Assembly: GCA_027319565.1 (NCBI GenBank)
Contig: DAHVNA010000030.1
Span: 1 to 27,084, forward strand
Length of the DNA: 27,084 bases
Direction of reading: 5' to 3'
Origin: Elusimicrobiota bacterium
GTDB lineage: Bacteria; Elusimicrobiota; Elusimicrobia; UBA1565; UBA9628
The stretch's first letter is position 1, and each line of letters begins with the position of its first letter. The notes beneath the pieces are model-generated. The model was not told where the DNA came from. It searched no databases and saw only the letters and a program-made list of their open reading frames with translations. Shown here piece after piece: positions 9,311-17,047 of the stretch. A program made the position numbers and the translations under genes.

Positions 9311-9666
9311 GGTCATTCCGGCGCAAGCCGGAATCCAGAGAACATGTCTAAGCAGCCCTGCGTTTATATCATTGCCAGTCGCCGCAATGGAACTCTTTAC
9401 GTCGGCGTGACCTCGAACTTGGCTCAACGCGTCTGGGAACATAAAAACGACGTTGTGGAAGGGTTTACCAAGAAATATAAGGTTCATAGCCTCGTCTGGT
9501 TTGAACTGCATGAAAGCATGGAATCGGCTACTGTGCGGGAAAAGGCCATTAAAGAATGGAAGCGACGCTGGAAATTAGAACTGATCGAGAGTGGAAACCA
9601 GGATTGGCGAGACCTTTATGATGACATCGTTTAAATATCTGGACCCCGATTTCCATCGGGGTGACG
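9311..9666 (+). mobile_element. Putative autonomous element: A hairpin - GIY-YIG gene - inverted B hairpin
   Basis: GGTC-ATTCCGGC-GCAA-GCCGGAAT-CCAG (9311-9338) ends 5 nt before the ATG; inverted CGTC-ACCCCGAT-GGAA-ATCGGGGT-CCAG (9639-9666) begins 4 nt after the stop; same A/B order as the short doublets; mobility is inferred. Confidence 0.6.
9344..9634 (+). CDS. Small standalone GIY-YIG nuclease (96 aa)
   Basis: CVYIIAS-RRNGT-LYVGVTSNLAQRVWEH, GFTKKY, conserved Glu in REKAIKEWKRRWK, C-terminal NQDWRDL. Confidence 0.93.
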   Translation: MSKQPCVYIIASRRNGTLYVGVTSNLAQRVWEHKNDVVEGFTKKYKVHSLVWFELHESMESATVREKAIKEWKRRWKLELIESGNQDWRDLYDDIV

Positions 9667-9668
9667 AA

Positions 9669-12626
9669 TTATTTTTTGTCATTCCCGGCCAAGGATTCCG
9701 CGCGCTCAATGAACAATCGGTATCTCTGCGAAAGATTAGGATCCTGATTTAAAAGAGCTGCGCTCTTAAAATCCGAAGCGGCATTTTCATATTGTCCCAT
9801 TTTTGTATAGGCCGAAGCCCGGTTGCGCCAATAGCGGGTGGCCATGGGGCTCAGTTCAATAGCCCGGCTAAAGGCGGCGATCGCTTTAGGATAATTGCCA
9901 AGGGCGAAATATCCCAACCCAAGACCGTTATAGGTCTGAGCGCTGGCCGGATCTTTCTGGACGGCAAGCGCATAATTATCAAGAGCTTTCTGAGGATCTT
10001 TCTGGAAATAACGGACATTGCCGCCCAAAAAGTAGGCGCGCGCGTTGTTGGCGTCCAGATTGAGAGCCGCGGAAATCTCGGAAAGAGCGTCTTGATATTC
10101 CTTGCGAAGAATCAACAAGGAAGCGAATTCGAGGCGGTAAGAAATATCATGCGGAGCCCCGGTAATGGCGCTTTCAAAATCAGTTTTAGCCGAATCATAG
10201 AGATGATAGGCGATATAGGCTTCTCCCCGAGCCGCCAGAATCTGCGGGTTAGAAGGCAAAATATCCAAGGCCTTGGAATAGCGCGTAATCGCCTCGTCAA
10301 AACGGCCAGCGTTGGCGTCGGCATCGGCTTTGATGAGCAAAAGATAAGGGTCGATTTTATCGTCCGGAGACAAAGGCGCCGCTTCGGCAATCGCCTGATA
10401 GAAATCGTTTTTCGTATCATGCGGCACGGCAAAACCGATTTCCGGGGAATGAGCGAGAGGAAGCAAAAGATTGGCCGCCCGATAATCCTCATGCGCCTGC
10501 CGGTAATGATGGGAAGCGGCATGGGCGACGGCCTTGGCCAAATAGAGCTGGGATTTTCTCAAGCCCAGAATAATGGCGCGATTGAGATTGTCGATCGTCT
10601 CCCGCGCTTTATGGCGATCCAGATACGACAATCCCAACTGAAAATAAGCCTCGGCAAAGGAAGGATCGACTTCCAAGGCCTGATTGCAAAAGGGAATGGC
10701 TTTCTCGGGCTTCTTAAGAACCCGCCAAGCCTCGCAAATTCCGGTCAAAGCCCGCCTTGAACGCGGCTTGACTTTCAAGGCCTCTTGAAATTCTTTTAAA
10801 GCCTCCTTGGCGTCTCCCGAGGCTCCTTCGGCGCGGGCCAAATAAATTGGGTAAGAAGGATTTTTTTCATCCAAATCGGCGGCCCGGCCCAAAAATTTCA
10901 CGGCATGGGCGTAATCATTGACCCGCCAATAGAGAAGCCCCTTGGCATAATAAGCCGGGGCGTATTTCGGATTTTTGCCGAGAACCGCGTCCACGTCTTT
11001 AAGTCCATGGGTCAGATCTCCCAAGCGCGAGTAAACCTTCGCCCTTGTGCTGAGAACTAGTTTTGAATCTTCTCCCAATTTCAGAGCTTCCCCCAGGGAT
11101 TTAAGCGCTCCCAAAAAATCCGACATCTTATATTGAACTACTCCCAGGTTGTATTGATAGACGGGCGATTTGGGAGCCAAAGAAACCGCCTTTAGCAGAT
11201 CTTTAAGCCCGGTTTCTTTTTGATGGAGCATTTCCGCTTCGATGACGCCGCGATCGTTATAGGCCTTGGCGTTTTGCGGTTCGGCTGCGATCGCGGTATT
11301 TAAATCCTCCAAAGCTTTTTCCGGATGATGGGTAAAAGCGTAAAGCCCGGCCCGCGAGAGGCGGACAAAGACGTCTTGCGGAGAAATCCCCACCGCCTGG
11401 TCTAAATCGTCTAAAGCCTTGTCCTTGTCTCCCTCTTCTTCTTCAATTTGAGCTCTTAAGGCCCACGGAGTCGGGGAGCTTGGCCCCATTTCAATGGCCA
11501 AGGACAAATCCTTTAGCGCCGCCTTGGGGTCTCCATTGTTTTTTTCCAGGTTCGCCCGCCTTAAAATCGCGGTCAAGAAAATTTTCGCGCAGGGAGCTTT
11601 TAAGCACAGGCTTTCATCGACCGCCTTGGAATAGGCGAGACTCGCGGCCTTGATATTTTTATTTTGAGCGAAATAGTCTCCAATTTGAATGGCCTGGGGA
11701 GGAGACAACCAATAAAGACCCAGGGCCTCGCGGTAGTCTTTTTCCGCTTTCGATTTTTTTCCATATGCAAAATAGGCCTTGGCCCTTTCCAAGTAAGGCT
11801 TCTCATCCCCGCCCGATTCTTGAACGGCGCGGTCCAGATTTTCGAAGGCGGCCGTGCTTTGCTTGGCGGCAAATTCAAGACGAGACAACTCCAAATAAGG
11901 GCGATCGTCGTCGGGGTTGAGCTTCAAGGCTTTTTCATATGCCTCTTCCGCGCGCTCTGAATCGCCTTTTTGAAATAAAATATTTCCCAAAAGGATATAC
12001 GCCTCGATATCCGATGGATTTTTTTTCATGACCCCGATGAGATCCTTCAAAGAGGCGCCTAATTTCTTTTCCTTATATAAGATGAAGGCCCGCTGATAAA
12101 GGTAAAGCGGCGACGGTTCGGCCTCGATTTGAATCGCGTCGTTGATATCGCTAAAAGCTTCCTCGTATTTTCCCAGGGATTGATAGGCCAAGGATCTCCC
12201 GGCCAGGACTTCGGGGGTTTTAATTCCGCGGCTGAGCATCTCCGCATATGCCTCCAGGGCCAAGGCGCCCTCGCCTCGGATTTCAAAGGAGATTCCGGCG
12301 GCCAATAACTCTCCGGCACGCATTTGAGAAAAAGGAGTCGAATGATGAGCGAATATCCAATTGGCATCCTTGACCGCGTCTTCGACATTGCCCAGATGTT
12401 CTTCAATGGAAGCCTCAAGCCCCCGGGAGCGCAGCCAATCAGGATCGGCTTTGATGGTCTCTTTGGCGTAAACTAAGGCCTTGTCAAAATGGGTGTCCAA
12501 ATACATTTCCACCGCCCTTTGATACAGACTGCGGGGACGGTGGGGATTACTAGCCCAGGCTGGTGCGGACAAAAAGACCAGTGACAGAACCCAAAGCTCT
12601 ATTTTCAATCTTGATTGCATAGACAT
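9669..12626 (-). CDS. Large exported tetratricopeptide-repeat protein (985 aa)
   Basis: Signal peptide (VFLSAPAWA); TPR periodicity along the whole length (e.g. AYILLGNILFQKGDSERAEEAYEKALKLNP). Confidence 0.9.
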   Translation of the reverse strand: MSMQSRLKIELWVLSLVFLSAPAWASNPHRPRSLYQRAVEMYLDTHFDKALVYAKETIKADPDWLRSRGLEASIEEHLGNVEDAVKDANWIFAHHSTPFSQMRAGELLAAGISFEIRGEGALALEAYAEMLSRGIKTPEVLAGRSLAYQSLGKYEEAFSDINDAIQIEAEPSPLYLYQRAFILYKEKKLGASLKDLIGVMKKNPSDIEAYILLGNILFQKGDSERAEEAYEKALKLNPDDDRPYLELSRLEFAAKQSTAAFENLDRAVQESGGDEKPYLERAKAYFAYGKKSKAEKDYREALGLYWLSPPQAIQIGDYFAQNKNIKAASLAYSKAVDESLCLKAPCAKIFLTAILRRANLEKNNGDPKAALKDLSLAIEMGPSSPTPWALRAQIEEEEGDKDKALDDLDQAVGISPQDVFVRLSRAGLYAFTHHPEKALEDLNTAIAAEPQNAKAYNDRGVIEAEMLHQKETGLKDLLKAVSLAPKSPVYQYNLGVVQYKMSDFLGALKSLGEALKLGEDSKLVLSTRAKVYSRLGDLTHGLKDVDAVLGKNPKYAPAYYAKGLLYWRVNDYAHAVKFLGRAADLDEKNPSYPIYLARAEGASGDAKEALKEFQEALKVKPRSRRALTGICEAWRVLKKPEKAIPFCNQALEVDPSFAEAYFQLGLSYLDRHKARETIDNLNRAIILGLRKSQLYLAKAVAHAASHHYRQAHEDYRAANLLLPLAHSPEIGFAVPHDTKNDFYQAIAEAAPLSPDDKIDPYLLLIKADADANAGRFDEAITRYSKALDILPSNPQILAARGEAYIAYHLYDSAKTDFESAITGAPHDISYRLEFASLLILRKEYQDALSEISAALNLDANNARAYFLGGNVRYFQKDPQKALDNYALAVQKDPASAQTYNGLGLGYFALGNYPKAIAAFSRAIELSPMATRYWRNRASAYTKMGQYENAASDFKSAALLNQDPNLSQRYRLFIERAESLAGNDKK

Positions 12627-12716
12627 CTATATAAACACAAATTATTAAATTTTTAAGTCATAACCAAGGCCTCAATGAGGAAAAAGTAAAAAAATGGTAA
12701 AAAATCGCCGGACGCC

Positions 12717-12745
12717 TTGACAAAAATACTCCTAGGGGTTAACCT
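12717..12745 (+). promoter_or_regulatory. Sigma70 promoter TTGACA-N17-TAACCT, likely leaderless transcript
   Basis: Perfect -35 at 12717-12722, -10 at 12740-12745, ATG at 12752 with no SD. Confidence 0.55.
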
Positions 12746-12751
12746 TAGAAT

Positions 12752-14365
12752 ATGGCAACGATTATTTCAAACTCTCCGATACCGGGACTGAAGATTTCAA
12801 AGGTCGGTAGTGACCGCAAGAAAAAAAAGAAGGGCGGCGGGCTTTTCGGCCTTGGGTCAAAGACCGCGGAAGAAGCGGGAAGCCTCGTTCGCGCCCGTGC
12901 GGCGACATCGGTCTTATCGGCCGGGGCGTCTCCCGCCTTAGGCGGCGCCGCGCGAGCCGCTCTTCCTTTTGGAGCCAAGATTTTTATGAGTCTCATGCTT
13001 GGCATCGCCGGCTTTGGCGTTTATTCGGCGAGACAAGCCTTTAACCATCGCCCCGTCATTCCAGTCGCTTCCCCTAGAGTTTTTGCGCCAAGACCCGTTC
13101 CCCAATCTCAGCCAGCCCAAGCCGAGGCCTCTCCGCAAAATCTACCCACCGACAATCAAGGATACAGTTCTTTAAACATGGTCAAATCCGGCCTTCCGGA
13201 AATGCAGGCGCCGCCTCCCGCGCCCGCCCAAGCCGCGGCCGCGCCGCCGCCGACCCAGCCTTCTTCTCCTGCGGTTCCCGACATGTCGGCTTTAGCCCAG
13301 GCCGCGAAAGCCGCCAAGGGCGGAAATGGCGGCAGCCCCTTTGATTCTAAAGTTGGACAACTTGACAGCGCGATGCCGTCTCTTTCCGGTGGCGGTCCTG
13401 GGCTTTCCGGCGGGGTTGGCATGCCCTTTCAAAAAATGAATCCGCCCGCTTTTTTGCAAAAGCCTAAGCCCATGGCCATGGCCCAAACCGCTCCTTCGAT
13501 GGGAATGGCCCACGGCGCAGGATTTGGCGGAGTGGGACACGCCTTTAGCCAGGCCAGAAACGCCGCGGCTTACGGCAACGCGGCGGCCAATTCCAATGGC
13601 GCGGGCGCGGCTTATAATTCCGGAGCCCAATTTGACAGCCCCATCGGCCAACCTGCGACCATGGGTTCTCCTCAAGGCATCGGCTCCGGCTCGGGCCTTC
13701 TCGGCGCCGCCGACGCCAGCCCGTCAACTAATCCCAACGGCAGCGGCCAACCCTCCTCCGGCGGCGGTGGCGGATACGGAAATTCCAATTACTGCCCCGG
13801 CTGCATCCCCGGCGGCTCCGGCGGCGGGACCAATGTCACGCCGTGGGGAGGGCTGACGTCCATAGGGGGATATTTATTAATGGCGGCGGGGCTTTTGGTC
13901 TTAACGGCTTCGCTAATTGCAAAAGACCCTCCATGGGGCTCCATGATAGCCGAATGGCTGGGATCAATTGGTGCCGCTTGTGCCGCCGCCGCCGTGGTTA
14001 TCGGAACAATGATCATGGCCCAAGGCCAAACCCTTCAGGGCCTTATGTTTGTGATTGGCGGAGGACTTTTGGTCTGGGGTGGAATCAATGCCGCGCTTAA
14101 TGGCGCGGCGGCTGTTCCAGAACAACAATCTACCACAATGACTATAGATCAACAGGAGTCCAATTTTCAGGGACAGATATCAGATATGGGACATTCCTTT
14201 GACAATGCTATCTCCCCATCCGGAGCCACTTACTACGACCCGAACATGGACCCTATGTACCAATCCTTTGACGGAACTGTTCCAGGCGCAGGAGCTGCTC
14301 CTTCGGTTAATCCAGGGATACTTCCCCCCGTTCCTAACATTACCATCTCGTCATCCCTTTTCTAG
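12752..14365 (+). CDS. Gly/Ala/Pro-rich low-complexity membrane protein
   Basis: 537-aa ORF: basic KKKKKGGG patch, one N-terminal TM, long P/A/G linker, three C-terminal hydrophobic helices, acidic tail. Confidence 0.8.
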   Translation: MATIISNSPIPGLKISKVGSDRKKKKKGGGLFGLGSKTAEEAGSLVRARAATSVLSAGASPALGGAARAALPFGAKIFMSLMLGIAGFGVYSARQAFNHRPVIPVASPRVFAPRPVPQSQPAQAEASPQNLPTDNQGYSSLNMVKSGLPEMQAPPPAPAQAAAAPPPTQPSSPAVPDMSALAQAAKAAKGGNGGSPFDSKVGQLDSAMPSLSGGGPGLSGGVGMPFQKMNPPAFLQKPKPMAMAQTAPSMGMAHGAGFGGVGHAFSQARNAAAYGNAAANSNGAGAAYNSGAQFDSPIGQPATMGSPQGIGSGSGLLGAADASPSTNPNGSGQPSSGGGGGYGNSNYCPGCIPGGSGGGTNVTPWGGLTSIGGYLLMAAGLLVLTASLIAKDPPWGSMIAEWLGSIGAACAAAAVVIGTMIMAQGQTLQGLMFVIGGGLLVWGGINAALNGAAAVPEQQSTTMTIDQQESNFQGQISDMGHSFDNAISPSGATYYDPNMDPMYQSFDGTVPGAGAAPSVNPGILPPVPNITISSSLF

Positions 14366-14431
14366 AAAACGCCTCTACCGCGTGCATAATGAAAGCGTCG
14401 CCGGAGATAGGGACAGTCCCCCACAGACTGC

Positions 14432-14501
14432 CGTCATTCCGGCGAAAGCCGGAATCCAGAACCACGCGGACAACTGGACCCCGGCTTTCGCCGGGGTGAC
14501 G
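14432..14501. repeat. Palindromic doublet 4: A unit 14432-14459, 14-nt spacer, inverted B unit 14474-14501
   Basis: CGTC-ATTCCGGC-GAAA-GCCGGAAT-CCAG; reverse strand CGTC-ACCCCGGC-GAAA-GCCGGGGT-CCAG. Confidence 0.93.
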
Positions 14502-15290
14502 GAGAAAGTCAACACGCCGGATTATTCGGAAGCGGAACATCCTGATGATTTTGCGGTTGTCGTCGGAGTCGAGAAATACGCTCAGGACTTGCCTGCGGCG
14601 GAATTTGCCGATGAGGACGCCACGGCCTTTCGCGCGCATTTAATCGCTTTGGGAGTTCCAGCGCGACATATCGTTTACCTTTCGGATGAGCGGGCGGGAA
14701 GAAGCGAACTGGTCAAAAACATTGAGCGCTGGCTGCCTAAAAATGTTAAACCCGACTCCCGCGTCTATTTTTATTTCTCGGGACACGGCGCTCCCGATCC
14801 CGCGACCGGCAACGCCTATATTTTGCCCTTTAGCGGCGACCCTTCGGACCTTTCTGACACCGCCTACCCTTTAAGCCGCCTCTACGCCAGTCTTGAAAAA
14901 CTTAAAGTTCATCATGTCATCGTGGCGTTGGACTCCTGCTTTTCAGGCGCGGGCGGGCGTTCCGTCATCGCTGAAGGCACGCGCCCCTTGGTCAATCGCG
15001 TCAAAGAAGGAGTTGTCCCGCGAAACGGAAAACTGCTCGTTCTCACCGCCTCAAAATCCGACCAAACCTCGGGAGTTCTTAAAGACAAGAGGCACGGGAC
15101 TTTCACTTACTATCTGCTTAAAGGCTTAAACGGCAAGGCTCTTGATTCTAAAAACCACGTAACGATGGATTCTCTCTACCGCTACCTCGCCCCCAAGGTC
15201 GAAGACGCCGCGCATTTAGACGACCGCGATCAAAACCCGCAGCTTTTGCCCAAAAACGCCCGCTCCGCCGAAAATTTGACGCTGAGATAA
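14496..15290 (+). CDS. Caspase-family (peptidase C14) protein; start uncertain
   Basis: FAVVVGVEKY, YFSGHG (catalytic His), LDSCFSG (catalytic Cys), HGTFTYYLLKGL, QNPQ; candidate GTG starts at 14496 (inside repeat) or 14382. Confidence 0.85.
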   Translation: MTEKVNTPDYSEAEHPDDFAVVVGVEKYAQDLPAAEFADEDATAFRAHLIALGVPARHIVYLSDERAGRSELVKNIERWLPKNVKPDSRVYFYFSGHGAPDPATGNAYILPFSGDPSDLSDTAYPLSRLYASLEKLKVHHVIVALDSCFSGAGGRSVIAEGTRPLVNRVKEGVVPRNGKLLVLTASKSDQTSGVLKDKRHGTFTYYLLKGLNGKALDSKNHVTMDSLYRYLAPKVEDAAHLDDRDQNPQLLPKNARSAENLTLR

Positions 15291-15390
15291 ATTCCTATGG
15301 ACAAAGGCGGGGGAGCCTGAGCAAATCGCCGACCTTATTGAAAGTTACATTCAGCGCGCGCATCATGGAGATATTGCGGGAAACGAGGGT

Positions 15391-15418
15391 TTGGATTCCG
15401 GCTTACGCCGGAATGAGG
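15391..15418 (-). repeat. Solo A-type hairpin in reverse orientation with degenerate tags
   Basis: Reverse strand CCTC-ATTCCGGC-GTAA-GCCGGAAT-CCAA between convergent genes. Confidence 0.8.
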
Positions 15419-15476
15419 AAGGAGGCTTACGTGAGCTTTTGGGTTTTTTGCGCTGGCAAACGCAGCTCGTTTATTC

Positions 15477-16937
15477 CTATCTCCCCAAAAACAGGGATCT
15501 TTTAAGCGCGGTTTTTTCTTCTTCGTTAAAAAATCCCGTCAGATAAAGCGCTACGGGAAACAAAGCCAATAGACCTAGTCTCAGCCCCAACCGGCCTTCC
15601 CCGACGCCGATCCCCTTCCAGCGAGCGAAAGCAAGAATTAAAAAGACAAGGCCCGCCAAATGCAAAAGCCTTTTCCATTCGTAGGAAATCGGGTAAAGCC
15701 TGCGGCCCAGAAAGTAGAGAAAAAGCGCCATAGAGGTATATGCCGCCAAGGTGGCAAAGGCCGCACCCATCATGCCCCAGCGGGGAATCCACAAAAGATT
15801 GGTTCCGATATTGACCAAGGCCCCCAGGGCCGCGGCATATGCCACATATTCGCTTTTCTCCGCCAAGGTCACCGGCGCCAAGAAATTAATATAAATCCCG
15901 TCGAAAAGATATCCCAAGGTCACGACCGGAACCAAGGACAGTCCCGCCCAATAAGCCGAGGGAATCAGAGATTTTCCGCCGAAAACGGGCGGCATGACCA
16001 GATAGGCGATTAAAAAAGTGATCCCCAGAAAAATCAGCGAACAGATGAGGACAAAGTAAGTCAAAATTCGGGCAAACAAATTCCGCGCATCGGGGCTTTT
16101 CGCCCTTTGAAGGAAAAACGGCCGCCAAGCGGAATCAAACATATTGACCACCATCATCATGAAAATTCCAAGGCGGTAATTGGCCTGATAGACTCCCACC
16201 GTCCAATCATTGGTCATAAATTTTAATATCGGCCTGTCGATGACCTGAACCATCATCGCCGATAATCCCGCCGGCAAAAGCGGAAGCCCGAAGCGCAAGA
16301 GTTTCCCCCATATCTCCCGGGAAAAGCGTAGCCTTAACTCGGACCAGGAAAATGGAAGAAGCAATACCAAGGTCAAAACCGAAGAGATAAGCCCGGCCCA
16401 GAAAACCCCCTCAACCCCTTTTTTAAGACTCACTAAAAAGACGTAGCTTAAAACGATATTGGAGGCGATATTGACGACCTTAAGCCCGGCATAAAGCCCC
16501 GCGCGGTGGTTCATCCGCAGACGCGCAAACGGAGTCAAGGCCAAAGCGTCAAAAGATAAAATGCCGATCGAAATTAAAATCAGGCGCTGATCGGAAATGC
16601 CGGAAACCCTTGAAATCCAAGTCGATTTCCCGAAGAGAAAAGCGGAAAAGATTACGCTTGTGATCAAAACCGACCAAAAAGCCGTTGAAAAGACCTCTAC
16701 TCCACTCAGTTCCGAATCGCTCTTGTAATAACGCATGAAAGCGAAAGAAATTCCGTAGCCGTAAAGGACGTTGAGAAAAGCCAAATAAGAGAAGAGTGTC
16801 GCGACAATGCCGTAATCGGCGGGAGAAAGAGCGTGGGTATAGAGAGGCAACAGAAAAAAATTAAGCAGCCGCCCCATCACCGTTGACAAGCCGTAGATCA
16901 AGGTCTCGCGGCTAAGCGCCTTCAATTCGCCAATCAC
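15477..16937 (-). CDS. Oligosaccharide flippase (Wzx/MOP superfamily)
   Basis: TLIYGLSTVMGRLLNFFLLPLYTHALSPADYG, LLRFGLPL, IDR...VGVY, LLWIPRWGMMGAAFAT; many TM helices. Confidence 0.9.
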   Translation of the reverse strand: MIGELKALSRETLIYGLSTVMGRLLNFFLLPLYTHALSPADYGIVATLFSYLAFLNVLYGYGISFAFMRYYKSDSELSGVEVFSTAFWSVLITSVIFSAFLFGKSTWISRVSGISDQRLILISIGILSFDALALTPFARLRMNHRAGLYAGLKVVNIASNIVLSYVFLVSLKKGVEGVFWAGLISSVLTLVLLLPFSWSELRLRFSREIWGKLLRFGLPLLPAGLSAMMVQVIDRPILKFMTNDWTVGVYQANYRLGIFMMMVVNMFDSAWRPFFLQRAKSPDARNLFARILTYFVLICSLIFLGITFLIAYLVMPPVFGGKSLIPSAYWAGLSLVPVVTLGYLFDGIYINFLAPVTLAEKSEYVAYAAALGALVNIGTNLLWIPRWGMMGAAFATLAAYTSMALFLYFLGRRLYPISYEWKRLLHLAGLVFLILAFARWKGIGVGEGRLGLRLGLLALFPVALYLTGFFNEEEKTALKRSLFLGR

Positions 16938-17047
16938 TTTTGGATTCTAGCAAAAGCGGAAAGGACTTGACGGATGGGCGGCATTTGAGTCAAGATATGA
17001 AAGCGTCATTCGGCAACGGCTTAAATAAAAAAAGAAAAGGACAAATT

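Noticed and set aside
9174..9340. Clustered repeats as a CRISPR array
   Set aside because: Units alternate in orientation and type, spacers are only 10-15 nt, and no cas genes are present
9176..9511. 111-aa antisense ORF over the GIY-YIG gene
   Set aside because: Shadow of the GIY-YIG gene plus repeat-derived peptide (WIPACAGMT)
9677..9700. GTCATTCCCGGC at the 3' end of the TPR gene as another repeat copy
   Set aside because: Only the left arm resembles an A unit; no complementary arm or CCAG tag
9792..10760. 322-aa plus-strand ORF and other long overlapping ORFs
   Set aside because: Antisense or alternate-frame shadows of well-supported genes, with no motifs
12668..12680. GGCCTCAATG shared with 102-111, and the CCTCAATGAGG palindrome
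   Set aside because: The same 10-mer also occurs inside coding sequence near 2499; not distinguishable from chance
14148..14365. Programmed +1 frameshift fusing the 537-aa protein to the caspase
   Set aside because: The caspase frame is open across the overlap, but its translation is not protein-like and there is no recognisable shift site or internal SD
15297..15390. Possible GIY-YIG remnant (MDKGG..., LIES) before the solo hairpin
   Set aside because: Matches are too short, in different frames, and lack the core motifs
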